From positions 123,488 to 187,487 of IMG/VR virus record IMGVR_UViG_3300027896_005002: DNA of 64,000 nt. The stretch is one strand, 5' to 3'. This DNA is from a virus. Below the pieces are notes generated by a model. The model did not search any database. It had not been told where the DNA came from and saw nothing but the letters and a program-made list of their open reading frames with translations. A program made the position numbers and the translations under genes. Of this stretch, positions 35,162 to 45,272 are shown piece after piece (within the stretch, counting starts at the first letter, position 1; every line of letters starts with the position of its first letter).

Positions 35162-35365
35162 CTATTGCGTTTTTGTTGGCTCTTTATTTTTTAAAAAATT
35201 TTCAATTAATCTGTCGATAGTAGCAGCGAAAGATTTATTGTGTGTGTAAGCTTCTGTAGTTCTTAGTTCAGTTAACACGTCTATAGATTTGACATGTTTT
35301 AGTATTACGTTAAGAACTTCTTGGATTTGATTTTTAGCTACGGCCATAAAATTCTCCTTACTCAT
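35162..35365 (-). CDS. hypothetical protein
   Basis: 67 aa. Confidence 0.25.
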   Translation of the reverse strand: MSKENFMAVAKNQIQEVLNVILKHVKSIDVLTELRTTEAYTHNKSFAATIDRLIENFLKNKEPTKTQ

Positions 35366-35379
35366 TTGCGAAGGCTCAT

Positions 35380-35598
35380 TTATATTCCGTATTTCTTTTT
35401 AATATCTTTCAGATTATATCCTAAAAAAAACTCGCCACCAGGAAGCATATCTTTAATTGAACCTGTTTCAAGATATTTTGAATAGAAGGATCGGAAACCT
35501 TTTCTTATTTTTACTATTGTAAATCCAAGAATTCTTTTATCTTTAGGAATTAAAATATAGAATCTTGAAATCTTGATGAAGTTTTCGGAAAGTTTCAT
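35380..35598 (-). CDS. hypothetical protein
   Basis: 72 aa. Confidence 0.25.
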   Translation of the reverse strand: MKLSENFIKISRFYILIPKDKRILGFTIVKIRKGFRSFYSKYLETGSIKDMLPGGEFFLGYNLKDIKKKYGI

Positions 35599-35659
35599 TA
35601 TATTCTCCTATTCATGTATATAATCATATTAAAATGCATAGTTTTTGATTATCGTAGTA

Positions 35660-35797
35660 TCATTTACAGGCGCATTTATCTTCATTTTTACATTTACATT
35701 TTCTTCCTAAAAGTCGAAGCAACGGTCTAATGAACGGGATAAACGAGATCAATCCTAAAATAGCTAGGGCTAGACAGTGTGGGCATATGCCAAACAT
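35660..35797 (-). CDS. small membrane peptide with Cys-rich tail (45 aa)
   Basis: MFGICPHCLALAILGLISFIPFIRPLLRLLGRKCKCKNEDKCACK. Under the ORF-track cutoff, in an otherwise empty gap. Confidence 0.2.
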   Translation of the reverse strand: MFGICPHCLALAILGLISFIPFIRPLLRLLGRKCKCKNEDKCACK

Positions 35798-35801
35798 GAT
35801 G

Positions 35802-36023
35802 TTATCCTGACCTTTCGTCTGATGGCTCTTTGAAAGCACGGTCTGGTGTTACAGTCCACGTACATCTGTTCTCATGTGTTCCTAAGAAGCAGAAGCATGT
35901 AGGGCATAGGAAATGGAATATGAAATTTGATGGGTTGTCGCGGATGACGGCGTTCCATGATTCATTGTCCGTAGACCAGATAGGGTAGTTTTGTTTGCAT
36001 CTGTCACATATTAATTCTGGCAT
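35802..36023 (-). CDS. small zinc-ribbon protein
   Basis: CDRCKQ...CPTCFC. Confidence 0.3.
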   Translation of the reverse strand: MPELICDRCKQNYPIWSTDNESWNAVIRDNPSNFIFHFLCPTCFCFLGTHENRCTWTVTPDRAFKEPSDERSG

Positions 36024-36059
36024 CTTATTCCTTTAAGTTGATTCTACCTATTGTGAAGA

Positions 36060-36602
36060 TCATATAGAGCTGCAAGTCGTCCCGTTATAGCATCTCGTGA
36101 CACAAGCTGCCGCTTTTTTATGTGGTTTGAGATGGGAGCATTGTTTTTCATTGTCGGTGAATTTGTGTGAACATTTTTCATTAGTGCATATTACTTTTGG
36201 ATTTTGGATTCTTTTTTTTGTGAATTCTAGTAAGTCGTATAAGAAACAAATTTCTGCTTTTACAGCAAGATATAATTGACGGTATCGTTCTGCAGTCATT
36301 ATCGTATATTCAGTACTAAAAGGATGACTAAGTTTAGAAGCGACTTTACTCCAAGGATTCTTTTGAGAATTGCATGATGATTTATTATCGAATTTAGTGA
36401 TGGGACAGCTGGCACAATTAGTTGTACGATACTTGACGATAGGAGTATATATAAGACATAATGGACAAGTTTTCCAATCAATTTCGATATTGTACCATTC
36501 GTCTACAGGTATTTTTGCAGCGTAGTATAACATGACTAATTGTATATTCTGCCACCAATGTTCAATGCTTTCTTCTATAGCTTTAATGTCATCGAGTGTC
36601 AT
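36060..36602 (-). CDS. Cys-rich hypothetical protein
   Basis: 180 aa with many CxxC pairs. Confidence 0.35.
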   Translation of the reverse strand: MTLDDIKAIEESIEHWWQNIQLVMLYYAAKIPVDEWYNIEIDWKTCPLCLIYTPIVKYRTTNCASCPITKFDNKSSCNSQKNPWSKVASKLSHPFSTEYTIMTAERYRQLYLAVKAEICFLYDLLEFTKKRIQNPKVICTNEKCSHKFTDNEKQCSHLKPHKKAAACVTRCYNGTTCSSI

Positions 36603-36843
36603 AAATTTCCTCTGAAATGAATATTAAATACCTTCCCAGGCTGCAGCCAAATGGGCACGCACTGTCTCTTTGTCTTCTGAGTGCCTCCTGTTGTCACTAT
36701 TTTCAGGATTATCATTTGCCCAGATAAAGAGATTTTCAATCTTATCCACAAAAGATTGTAGTTCCTTTTTAGATTTGAGTCGTTCCATTAATTTTGTTTT
36801 AGATGTTTCCAGTTTCATTTTTAGACTCTTTTGTAATTTAAGT

Positions 36844-37362
36844 TTAAGATTTTCGGAAAGACTGATTTTTATTTGTGATTTTTCGTTTTAAATTGTTTAG
36901 CATTTTGATAGCTTGGTCTTGTATTTCGTTCTCATTTCCGACAAGTAAATAGACGGGTGCAAGTATTTCGTCAGTCAGATTTTTGCGTAGCCGTAAGCTT
37001 GCTATTTGAGTATGATTATGGTCGATTGGTAGCGCATCCGAGAGACTGATGATGTCGAGGCGATCACGACCTTTGCTATGTTCTAGGAAGAAGATAGAAG
37101 AGCAAGTCTTTCTTTTTAAATTTGTTTGTTTCATTAGAGTGCAGGCGTCTTCGATTAGCTTATAGTATTTTTCTAGTGAGTTCGTCCTATCATGATAGAT
37201 AGGGGCAAATAAAGTGCGAGTAGCCACTTTGTGGTTTTTGCTGAGGAAGATGATTTTGAATGCCCAATCTTTTGTGTCCGTTGTGAATCGGATAAGTTTG
37301 ATTTTTTCGAGGATGATGTATCTAGTTGGGATGATGCAAAATGAACCGATTATCTCAATCAT
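36844..37362 (-). CDS. hypothetical protein
   Basis: 172 aa. Confidence 0.3.
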   Translation of the reverse strand: MIEIIGSFCIIPTRYIILEKIKLIRFTTDTKDWAFKIIFLSKNHKVATRTLFAPIYHDRTNSLEKYYKLIEDACTLMKQTNLKRKTCSSIFFLEHSKGRDRLDIISLSDALPIDHNHTQIASLRLRKNLTDEILAPVYLLVGNENEIQDQAIKMLNNLKRKITNKNQSFRKS

Positions 37363-37625
37363 TTTTTGACTCCTTTGAGATGTTGATTAATGATTTTTTG
37401 GCGTATTTTAAATTCTTTGGGAGTTTCAATGTGTTGGATAGATTTTAATTCTGGAATTTCACCGTCAAAGATGGGATCGAGTTTGAAGTATCTGAAACCG
37501 TTTTTGATAGTACATTTTCTTTTGCAGGAATAATGATCAGGTTTATCTAGACTTATAGTAAAAGAGCGACAGTTGTAGCAGCAACGGTATGAGATATTAA
37601 CTAGATTTTGTTTTATAGTTTTCAT
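37359..37625 (-). CDS. Cys-rich small protein
   Basis: 88 aa. ATGA-coupled. Confidence 0.3.
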   Translation of the reverse strand: MKTIKQNLVNISYRCCYNCRSFTISLDKPDHYSCKRKCTIKNGFRYFKLDPIFDGEIPELKSIQHIETPKEFKIRQKIINQHLKGVKK

Positions 37626-37671
37626 TTTTATAGTTCTGGTAAATATAGCATTTCTTTTTCACAGACAATCA

Positions 37672-38043
37672 TTATTTATCTGCTTCTGCAGTATTACCTG
37701 CTATTTCTTTTTTCATCTCATCGTCCAAAACAACTTCGCAATCAAATTGTTCTGAATTTTCATCATAATAAATAAGTGAATAACCATCATATGAGTCTGA
37801 ATAACCCATTTCGTTATGATACCATCCTTCTTGTACTAAACTCCAATAGGGTCCTACATAGTTATCGCCGCCACCGCGACCGTTCGGATAAGATTTTGCT
37901 AATATTTCGCAAGCGACGATGTAATTTCTGAGTTCATCTGTTTCATCTACTAGGTATCTCTTAAGTTCATTAAAAATGAATATCGTCTCATGGAAGTCAT
38001 CGGCGTCACCTTCCATAGTTCTAATAATGAGCTCACTTGTCAT
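37672..38043 (-). CDS. acidic hypothetical protein
   Basis: The start is set at MTSELIIRT to avoid a 73-nt overlap with the upstream paralog gene. Confidence 0.3.
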   Translation of the reverse strand: MTSELIIRTMEGDADDFHETIFIFNELKRYLVDETDELRNYIVACEILAKSYPNGRGGGDNYVGPYWSLVQEGWYHNEMGYSDSYDGYSLIYYDENSEQFDCEVVLDDEMKKEIAGNTAEADK

Positions 38044-38069
38044 AAAAGAAACCCTTTCTATAGAATTAT

Positions 38070-38381
38070 TCAATTCTTTTTCTTTCTTTTTGATGGTGTT
38101 GGCTTGAATTTGATTATTTTGCCTTTCTTTTCTTCGTAACATATAGGACCCATTCCGTCATCACGAACGCCAAACATTCCATTGAGAAGCCCAAGAAATC
38201 CAACCTTTGATACGATGTGTGGCTCGTGGTGATCAACTTGGATTGTCGGATGTCTTTCGACAGATTTACAACAATTCTCTCTCTGTTTTATCAGTTCGTT
38301 AGCACATTCCGGATCGAGTCTTAAAAATTCGTTTAATAAGTCACATGCATCTTGAACAGTGATACTTTCTTTAACAGTCAT
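38070..38381 (-). CDS. conserved hypothetical protein, paralog of 5325..5639
   Basis: See 5325..5639. About 70% amino-acid identity. Confidence 0.5.
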   Translation of the reverse strand: MTVKESITVQDACDLLNEFLRLDPECANELIKQRENCCKSVERHPTIQVDHHEPHIVSKVGFLGLLNGMFGVRDDGMGPICYEEKKGKIIKFKPTPSKRKKKN

Positions 38382-38391
38382 AATTCTTCCT

Positions 38392-38697
38392 TTATTTTAA
38401 TAACATTATGGTGATAAAGCCAATTGATATTCCAATAGTCTGTTGCAATGATATGGATTCTTTAAAAAATAATACGCTGACGACCAATAGTGATATGATA
38501 TTGACGTCGACGATAAGCATCGATGCAATAGCGATATTTTTAAATTTAAAACTCCATGCGAGAAAAATCAATCCTAACAACCACGTTAAAATACCGAATA
38601 AACACCATCGTATATTCGATGATGATAGCCATTTTTTCATCAAAATATCGCCTAATGTTAAAATAAGACCACTAATAATTGTAAGTGATAATCCCAT
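38392..38697 (-). CDS. small multidrug-resistance (SMR/DMT)-like 4-TM membrane protein
   Basis: 101 aa with four hydrophobic helices. The size and pattern are EmrE-like. Confidence 0.4.
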   Translation of the reverse strand: MGLSLTIISGLILTLGDILMKKWLSSSNIRWCLFGILTWLLGLIFLAWSFKFKNIAIASMLIVDVNIISLLVVSVLFFKESISLQQTIGISIGFITIMLLK

Positions 38698-38899
38698 TTT
38701 ATCCTAATTTTTAAAAAGGTTGCTCTTAGAAGAATTGGACTCTCTCTATGCACCTGGGCTACGTGTATAGCCATGATTCACTGTCTATTAATAGCTTATA
38801 GATCATCGTAGATTTCCCAGGTAGAGCCGTCATGCTTTTTGTGCCGATACATGAACATGGCTACATATCGTTGCAATCAATCCTTGCATAAAAGCAACC

Positions 38900-39217
38900 T
38901 CATAAATTTTTCTCTGTCATAAAAGCAATAACTACTAATATAGAAAGCAAAGTTAAAAATATTGTCAAAAATCGAGACTTACATGTAACACAGAAAATTA
39001 TCGATATTGCAACAAACACGAATGACGGTAAAAATCTTTTTGGAAGAAAATCGTTAAGAAATTTATCAAAAAATGACTGTTTTTGAATCTGAAATTGTTG
39101 AAGACTTGAATCTTTACAAACTAAAGTTGACGTTGTCGCTACTGGTAAAACTAAAATAAAACACGCTAAAAAACAAATTGTTTTCATATCGAAAAGTATA
39201 AAGTAAATTTGAGACAC
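38900..39217 (-). CDS. membrane protein
   Basis: 105 aa with multiple transmembrane segments. Confidence 0.3.
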   Translation of the reverse strand: MSQIYFILFDMKTICFLACFILVLPVATTSTLVCKDSSLQQFQIQKQSFFDKFLNDFLPKRFLPSFVFVAISIIFCVTCKSRFLTIFLTLLSILVVIAFMTEKNL

Positions 39218-39583
39218 ACAGGTGTTTTTTCGGATAAAATCTTTTTAATTTTATTTTTATACCACAAAAATCGTAACCTCTGTTTAATAAAAAATATTCT
39301 AATATAGCCAATTTCATTTTTTTCATCTATAACAAAACTGTCTTGTAAAAAACCAAAATAAACCATTAAATATTTAATGTCGTTTAAAGTTATTATTTGT
39401 GAATTCATATATTCAACATCTTTTAAAGTTATCTGCAAATTCATATTCATTCTTTTTTTGCTCCTTGTATATAACCGGTGGCACAAATACCGACGATACA
39501 AATATCAACGAGCATCGCTATACCTATCCATAAAGTAGATAGACCTAATCCATGGACCATGCCCCAAATAATCGAAAACGTGA

Positions 39584-39844
39584 TCATTTCTTAAATCTTT
39601 TTTCAATTGGATATAATTTACCATCATTGACACCGGCAAAATAAATAGATGCTATTAATTTAATAATAGAATCACAATCATATTTAGTATGACCTGTTTG
39701 TAATTTTATTTTACCTTTTTCAACGATGAAATTAAGGTGATTAAATGGATAATGAGTATTAATTGCAGATCTAAAAAAAGTCTGCGATCTTTTATCATAC
39801 GAATAACCCAAACAATAACGAAGAAAATTTTTAGTAATCTTCAT
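39584..39844 (-). CDS. hypothetical protein
   Basis: 86 aa. Confidence 0.25.
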   Translation of the reverse strand: MKITKNFLRYCLGYSYDKRSQTFFRSAINTHYPFNHLNFIVEKGKIKLQTGHTKYDCDSIIKLIASIYFAGVNDGKLYPIEKRFKK

Positions 39845-39872
39845 GATATTGTAATCAATAATTAAATCGTAG

Positions 39873-40100
39873 TCAGGTTGCTAATGCAATTATCGCTGTA
39901 TGAGTTTTTCCACAAAGAGGGCAGTCAAAAGTAGTTACACCATCTACGTCATCATCTTCTGTTATTACATTAACATTATCATCAACAAAAAATATTTGAC
40001 ACAATTCATTAGTAGTAGGGCATTTAATTATAAAACCTTTTATTTCTGCTTCCGTCGTTTGCATGAATATAATATAAATTGTTCGACATCTAATGTACAC
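39873..40100 (-). CDS. small zinc-ribbon protein
   Basis: CPTTNELC ... CPLCGK. The start is probably the internal MQTTEAE. Confidence 0.3.
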   Translation of the reverse strand: MYIRCRTIYIIFMQTTEAEIKGFIIKCPTTNELCQIFFVDDNVNVITEDDDVDGVTTFDCPLCGKTHTAIIALAT

Positions 40101-40101
40101 T

Positions 40102-40368
40102 TTATTTTATTGTTTTTTGTAAACAGTTTCTTGGCCACCACCATGGAATATTTTTGGGCATTTTCCTTAATTTGTTCTTACATAATTTACATGTAACATG
40201 TTCTCTGAGAAAAGTAGCATTATTTGCTCTTTTAAAAAATACCCTAGTAACACGTAATTTGTGACCTGTACAAAGTTTCACAGATCCAGTTATAAAATGA
40301 ATTTTGGGTCTTGATTTAAGTTTTGGTTTTTGTTCCAAAACAATTATTATTAATTTTCTTTTCCGCAT
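40102..40368 (-). CDS. basic Cys/His-containing small protein
   Basis: 88 aa with a CTGH...CKLC pattern. Confidence 0.3.
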   Translation of the reverse strand: MRKRKLIIIVLEQKPKLKSRPKIHFITGSVKLCTGHKLRVTRVFFKRANNATFLREHVTCKLCKNKLRKMPKNIPWWWPRNCLQKTIK

Positions 40369-40688
40369 TTTTTAGAATGACCACAATCATTTGCTCGTAA
40401 AGGTGTACACATGACAGAAGTTTCACGACCATATACACATTTATCATTTACTTTTCCACATTTAACTGCATGATTACATTTTAATGCTTTATCTGGTGTA
40501 CAATTAGTAGAAATTTTGAAAGAAAACAAACAATCTGAATGAACAATTTTTTCAAATGTATTAAATCTAAATTTGCATTTTGTACATTTCCGTCGTCTTT
40601 TTGTAGCATCTAAAATGTGATGGTATACTTGAGTGACTAATGTTTCGCCGGAACATCGGGGACATAAAAACATATTACCTCCCATCAA
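40350..40688 (-). CDS. zinc-ribbon protein with NrdR-like N-terminus
   Basis: MFLCPRCSGETLVTQV ... RRRKCTKCKFRFNTFEKI resembles the NrdR zinc ribbon. No ATP-cone domain follows. Confidence 0.3.
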   Translation of the reverse strand: MMGGNMFLCPRCSGETLVTQVYHHILDATKRRRKCTKCKFRFNTFEKIVHSDCLFSFKISTNCTPDKALKCNHAVKCGKVNDKCVYGRETSVMCTPLRANDCGHSKKCGKEN

Positions 40689-41269
40689 ATTTTAGAACAT
40701 TCAAAATAACCTGTTTGTACTTTATGAGATTTATGAGAACAATTATGACAACAATCGTATAGTTCATTTTTAAAAAGAATTTCTGTGAGATATTCCCATA
40801 AAAAATTAATATGGTCACAAACATACAGATTAAATTCAAATTCTTTTTGTTCTTTTTGATACATTTCAAATTGTGGTGATTTCTGTAAAAAAGCAAATTC
40901 AACATTTGAAATTCTGTCACAGACTTTAAGTACAATTGAATCTAAATTTGATCTAATTTTGGGATATGTTTTTTGTTTTCTTTCTTTCCTATTACGACCT
41001 AACTCATCAGTCACACAATAAACCATTTCAGCGATTTTAAATTCAAATTCTTTCCTCAAATCATTATAAGATATTGCTGTATCTTCAAGAACATCATGTA
41101 AAAAAGCAGCAGCTAACAAATCAAGATTATAAGATTCATTAAACCCAAATCTTACTAACGTATTATAAACATCTTCCAAATGTTTATAATATGGATAAAT
41201 GTCAGAATATGTTTGAACTGTATGAGCTTTAAGGCCAAATGCTCTGGCTTTTGCAATTAATTCATGCAT
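40685..41269 (-). CDS. small (p)ppGpp hydrolase (SpoT/Mesh1-like HD domain; small alarmone hydrolase)
   Basis: LLAAAFLHDVLEDTAISYNDLRKEF..IAEMVYCVTDE matches the RelA/SpoT hydrolase HD motif. The 194-aa size is typical of small alarmone hydrolases. Confidence 0.6.
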   Translation of the reverse strand: MHELIAKARAFGLKAHTVQTYSDIYPYYKHLEDVYNTLVRFGFNESYNLDLLAAAFLHDVLEDTAISYNDLRKEFEFKIAEMVYCVTDELGRNRKERKQKTYPKIRSNLDSIVLKVCDRISNVEFAFLQKSPQFEMYQKEQKEFEFNLYVCDHINFLWEYLTEILFKNELYDCCHNCSHKSHKVQTGYFECSKI

Positions 41270-41484
41270 TTAATAACCTTAGGAAGAAATCGATTGAAAA
41301 AATATCCGATAGTATATATGAGACCAACAATTATTATAAAAAAAAGAAATAATTGTAATGCTAATGTTAAAATATCTTTTCTATGCGTAGATTGTTCTGT
41401 TTCTTCTGAATCAAGATGTAAATCATCATTTTGTGAATAATTCATTACGGTGCCTCCATCCAGGTGTAACCACAAAACGCACAT
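41257..41484 (-). CDS. small membrane protein
   Basis: 75 aa with one transmembrane segment. Confidence 0.3.
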   Translation of the reverse strand: MCVLWLHLDGGTVMNYSQNDDLHLDSEETEQSTHRKDILTLALQLFLFFIIIVGLIYTIGYFFNRFLPKVIKCMN

Positions 41485-41681
41485 TTACAATCATAATGTT
41501 CAGGAATTGTCGCGCATGGTGTCACTGAACAATCTTTTGATTGTTTTATAAGTATTCTTTTGCAGTTTTTAGTTTTTGCACCACATTTGAAACAAGTAGG
41601 AATAGAATTGAATTTTGATAATGTTGATGTATAAGATGTGCAAAATAAAAACAGGAAAATAAAAAATATTGTTTGTTTCAT
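41445..41681 (-). CDS. secreted Cys-rich small protein
   Basis: Signal-peptide-like N-terminus (MKQTIFFIFLFLFCTS) and 8 Cys. Confidence 0.3.
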   Translation of the reverse strand: MKQTIFFIFLFLFCTSYTSTLSKFNSIPTCFKCGAKTKNCKRILIKQSKDCSVTPCATIPEHYDCKCAFCGYTWMEAP

Positions 41682-41693
41682 AATTAAAAAATG

Positions 41694-42011
41694 TTATTGT
41701 TTGATAAGTCGTCTTATTGGTAACATAAATTTTGTATAAAAATGACCACAATTTACATCACCTTCACATTTTGTCCATATTGATTTTTTATAAAATTCAT
41801 CAGTTGGCATAACTATATCTACATCTGGTATAAGTAAAATTAATGCTGGTGGTTTTAATTCTTCTTTTTTAATAACTCTAAAAATAGGACTCATTGTATC
41901 ATTAAAACAAAGGCCCATAATTGTTCGACAAGGATGCCAATCATTTATTTCTGGAAAATAAATATAATCATTCTTCTGAATTTGTTCACCATCTCTAAGT
42001 AATACTTTCAT
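41694..42011 (-). CDS. hypothetical protein
   Basis: 105 aa. Confidence 0.3.
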   Translation of the reverse strand: MKVLLRDGEQIQKNDYIYFPEINDWHPCRTIMGLCFNDTMSPIFRVIKKEELKPPALILLIPDVDIVMPTDEFYKKSIWTKCEGDVNCGHFYTKFMLPIRRLIKQ

Positions 42012-42481
42012 AAACTCTTTCTCATATTGACAAATTTATTAATGCAATTAGAAAAATTGAAATTCATAATATCTTCATTAAATAGTATTTTCCTACCTTC
42101 TGTTATAATAACTCCAATCTCGTTAGTATTATAAGCTTCTAATATTAAATTTTTACTATCGAGTTTAAATACCAAATAAATACCGTTTTCTATTGTACAA
42201 TCTACTCGACTTGGCAAAAGACCACACAATTTATAAATTTCATCACAACTTAATATTGCATTAATTCTTGCTATTGTATTAGGGTCTTCAGCTCCCTCAT
42301 TTTTCCAATGTTCAGGCATCTTTATTTTTAATATTCTAATAAAAACTTCGTGCATTTTAAGTGATATAGAACGATATTTAATAATGTCGTCCAACATTCT
42401 TTGCCATGCTGCTATTGCTTTGGGATAACCAGATACAGCCATCGCAGCAGAAACAATTAAAGTGTCGCATTCGTCAAACAT
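42008..42481 (-). CDS. hypothetical protein
   Basis: 157 aa. ATGA-coupled. Confidence 0.3.
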   Translation of the reverse strand: MFDECDTLIVSAAMAVSGYPKAIAAWQRMLDDIIKYRSISLKMHEVFIRILKIKMPEHWKNEGAEDPNTIARINAILSCDEIYKLCGLLPSRVDCTIENGIYLVFKLDSKNLILEAYNTNEIGVIITEGRKILFNEDIMNFNFSNCINKFVNMRKSL

Positions 42482-42986
42482 ATAATTCTTTCAAGTGTTT
42501 TTTACAATGTTTTTGTCCTCGTTTAAAACTACAAAATTCAACATCAACGGGACATTTATCACAATCTAAAGGTATTTTATCTTTATTACTTCTAACAATA
42601 AAAAATCCTTGACCTTTACAGTGAGGACAATTAGTATAGTCTTCATCTTCAGCAGCACCAAGTAGTACAATTTGTGTGCCTTTACAATAAGGGCATTTTA
42701 GTTTAACTCCATTTATTCCTGTTAAAGCACAATAAATATCATCAGCAATTTCATCTATCCTATGATCTGCTTTTTTTACAAATTTTTCATAATCTTTACA
42801 GGCTTCAACTGATTCTGTTGACATTGGAGTCTGTTGACTTGCACTTAATAATGAAAGGGCTTCATCAAGCAATTCATGTAACTTTTTATGAGCTTTTATT
42901 GACCATTCACCGGCTCCGTCAAAATATACTTTGTTAAATAATCTAGCCATGTCGTTTTCCCATATTTGCAAGTAATATGCCAACAA
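42474..42986 (-). CDS. hypothetical protein with C-terminal zinc ribbons
   Basis: CPYCKG...CPHCKG...CDKC. Confidence 0.35.
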   Translation of the reverse strand: MLAYYLQIWENDMARLFNKVYFDGAGEWSIKAHKKLHELLDEALSLLSASQQTPMSTESVEACKDYEKFVKKADHRIDEIADDIYCALTGINGVKLKCPYCKGTQIVLLGAAEDEDYTNCPHCKGQGFFIVRSNKDKIPLDCDKCPVDVEFCSFKRGQKHCKKHLKELYV

Positions 42987-43123
42987 AGAAGCCTACTAAT
43001 GGAAGAAAAGAATCACTAAATTTATGTGGTGATGTACCAAAAACTAAAATGATAAGTAAACAAGTACTTATGCATAATAATATTCGTTTCATAATGTATT
43101 CCATTTATTTGGTGTCCAATAAG

Positions 43124-43333
43124 TCAACCTATTCCGACACCCATCAATAAAAATAAAAATGCTTGCTTTTCTTCTGAAACAATGTCCATAAGTTCGCAAG
43201 CATATATTGTGCCTTTTCTCTTTAAACCTTTACATGGTGGTTTGTCATCCTTATATACTTTTATTCCAACAAGACAAACTTCTTCTCGACAACACTTACC
43301 ACATCTTTTACATTTATGCGTACGAGCTTTCAC
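43124..43333 (-). CDS. Cys-rich small protein
   Basis: 69 aa. Confidence 0.25.
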   Translation of the reverse strand: MKARTHKCKRCGKCCREEVCLVGIKVYKDDKPPCKGLKRKGTIYACELMDIVSEEKQAFLFLLMGVGIG

Positions 43334-43501
43334 TATTAATCTATAACTTTTCGACCATTAGGAATTTTTGATTTCTCGACTTTTTTGTCCCAAAAAGAAG
43401 ATGGTTTACCATTGATAATTTTTCTAATATTCGGATTCTTACGTCTCAACTCTTTGTTTTTGTAAAAGTTATCATTTCGTTTTTTCATTATTTCTCCTCT
43501 T

Positions 43502-43831
43502 TTATATTCGAAATCCCATACCATTTTCCGAAAGTAAATAACAATCATATCCGTCACGAAAAGGTCCAATGACTACTTTAATCGTTTTTATTTCAAATTC
43601 ATTGCATTTAGTTGATTTAACTTTTTTAAGCACTGTAAAACCAACTTGAGCATCATATCGTTTTTGAATAGCTTTTTTCATTTCATCCGATGTATCAGAA
43701 TCATCTAAAAGTGTCATTTCAATTCCACCAGCATGAAGATCAGGCGTCAGTATCATTTCACCCAATTCAATTCCTAATTGATAAGCAGCAAATCCTTTTG
43801 CCTCATCAATACTATTAAATTTTGTCGTCAT
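43502..43831 (-). CDS. hypothetical protein
   Basis: 109 aa. Confidence 0.3.
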   Translation of the reverse strand: MTTKFNSIDEAKGFAAYQLGIELGEMILTPDLHAGGIEMTLLDDSDTSDEMKKAIQKRYDAQVGFTVLKKVKSTKCNEFEIKTIKVVIGPFRDGYDCYLLSENGMGFRI

Positions 43832-44408
43832 AATGAAATGCTCGAGTTTCTTCTAGTTGTTTTTCAATATTAAGTTTTAAATTATAAACTTCCATAACTT
43901 TTTGCATGTTTTTTTTATTATATTCGTCTACTTTTTTTCGCACATCTTCATTTGACATAACATACACTGGATAATCTTCATGCTCAAATGTGTCACAAAC
44001 AACAATTACATGAGTTGCTTTTAATTGCTTTCCTTGTTCAAGCCATTCTTTAATTCGTCCTTTTGTTGTTATATTTGTATTTGTAGTTGCAACAGTACAA
44101 TTGCCAGCAACAATTGACATTCCTGCATTGTAAGCAACTTCACATTGACGGCAAGGCATAAATTTGATTTTATGTCGATATGTTCCAGGTTTGAAACAAT
44201 GTTGTCGTTGACACCATTCTTTGTGCGTCATTGATCCTTGTTTTTTCTTCTTTTGTTGAGCTTTCTCTTTCTCTAAGGCGCTAAGTAATGTGCCTTTAAA
44301 AGTCATTGCGCTGTGACTGCCACAGGTTGTACAACGTCTTGGTTCCTTTGATGATGATCTTTGATTAGTATCACCACATTCTTCGCATTTCCACAAATAA
44401 ACTGACAT
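43815..44408 (-). CDS. Cys-rich hypothetical protein
   Basis: 197 aa with an N-terminal zinc ribbon (CEECGD...CTTCGS). Confidence 0.35.
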   Translation of the reverse strand: MSVYLWKCEECGDTNQRSSSKEPRRCTTCGSHSAMTFKGTLLSALEKEKAQQKKKKQGSMTHKEWCQRQHCFKPGTYRHKIKFMPCRQCEVAYNAGMSIVAGNCTVATTNTNITTKGRIKEWLEQGKQLKATHVIVVCDTFEHEDYPVYVMSNEDVRKKVDEYNKKNMQKVMEVYNLKLNIEKQLEETRAFHYDDKI

Positions 44409-44416
44409 ATTTTATC

Positions 44417-44704
44417 CTATGGATGTGACCAATGTCTTATAACACCAGCAACAATTACCAGATTTGTAATAACATAGATTAAAATAATGCACAATCGTAT
44501 AAAAGCTATTTTGTCTGCTTCTTTGTCACTTGTGGAGGCTTTTTCACCGAGGGCTTTTGCTAATAATCTCCAAGATTTATTTTGCATAGGTTCTAAATCA
44601 ATCCAATACTCTTTCTTTAACGGAACATATTTCTGCAATGGCTCAAACCATCTATGTTGCCAACCATTAATAATTACATATTCATTTACGTATACTGTAT
44701 TCAT
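44417..44704 (-). CDS. hypothetical protein with C-terminal TM segment
   Basis: 95 aa. Confidence 0.3.
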   Translation of the reverse strand: MNTVYVNEYVIINGWQHRWFEPLQKYVPLKKEYWIDLEPMQNKSWRLLAKALGEKASTSDKEADKIAFIRLCIILIYVITNLVIVAGVIRHWSHP

Positions 44705-44705
44705 A

Positions 44706-45272
44706 TTAAATTTTTATTAAGTAATCTTTTGATTTTATCCAAGTCATAACATCCATATTAAAAACATATTCTACATTTTTAATAATCACATAGGAATGCG
44801 TTGTTATTATAACTTGACAATTTGATTCTTCAACGATCTTTTTAAAAGCATTTATTATTTTAACTTGATTCATTAATGAAATACCTGATTCTGGTTCATC
44901 AACCATTAACAATGTATCACTAAAAGTCTTTGCTGTTAATATTATTGGTAACATTGCTTCACCATGAGAGGCAAAACGAGAAGCAATTGAAAATTCAAAT
45001 AAAGAATTTTCATGTTCATTAAGTGCTTTAATTCGAGGATTTTGTTTTTCAGTGTCAAAAAACTGATAAACAGTACCAGGTTTAATACTTAACTTAACTA
45101 AATCTTTTTTATGTTCAGCAATCAAATTTAAAAGTGTTGATTTTCCAATACCATTTTCACCAACAATAACATTCAAACCATCCTTGAAATCAAAACTAAA
45201 TGGTTTTAAATTACGATATTTTGTAAGAAGTTTTATACTTTTAAGAAATAAGGCCACTATTTTTTTCTTCAT
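44706..45272 (-). CDS. small P-loop ATPase (ABC/AAA_21-like)
   Basis: Walker A GENGIGKST and Walker B LLMVDEPESG. Confidence 0.45.
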   Translation of the reverse strand: MKKKIVALFLKSIKLLTKYRNLKPFSFDFKDGLNVIVGENGIGKSTLLNLIAEHKKDLVKLSIKPGTVYQFFDTEKQNPRIKALNEHENSLFEFSIASRFASHGEAMLPIILTAKTFSDTLLMVDEPESGISLMNQVKIINAFKKIVEESNCQVIITTHSYVIIKNVEYVFNMDVMTWIKSKDYLIKI

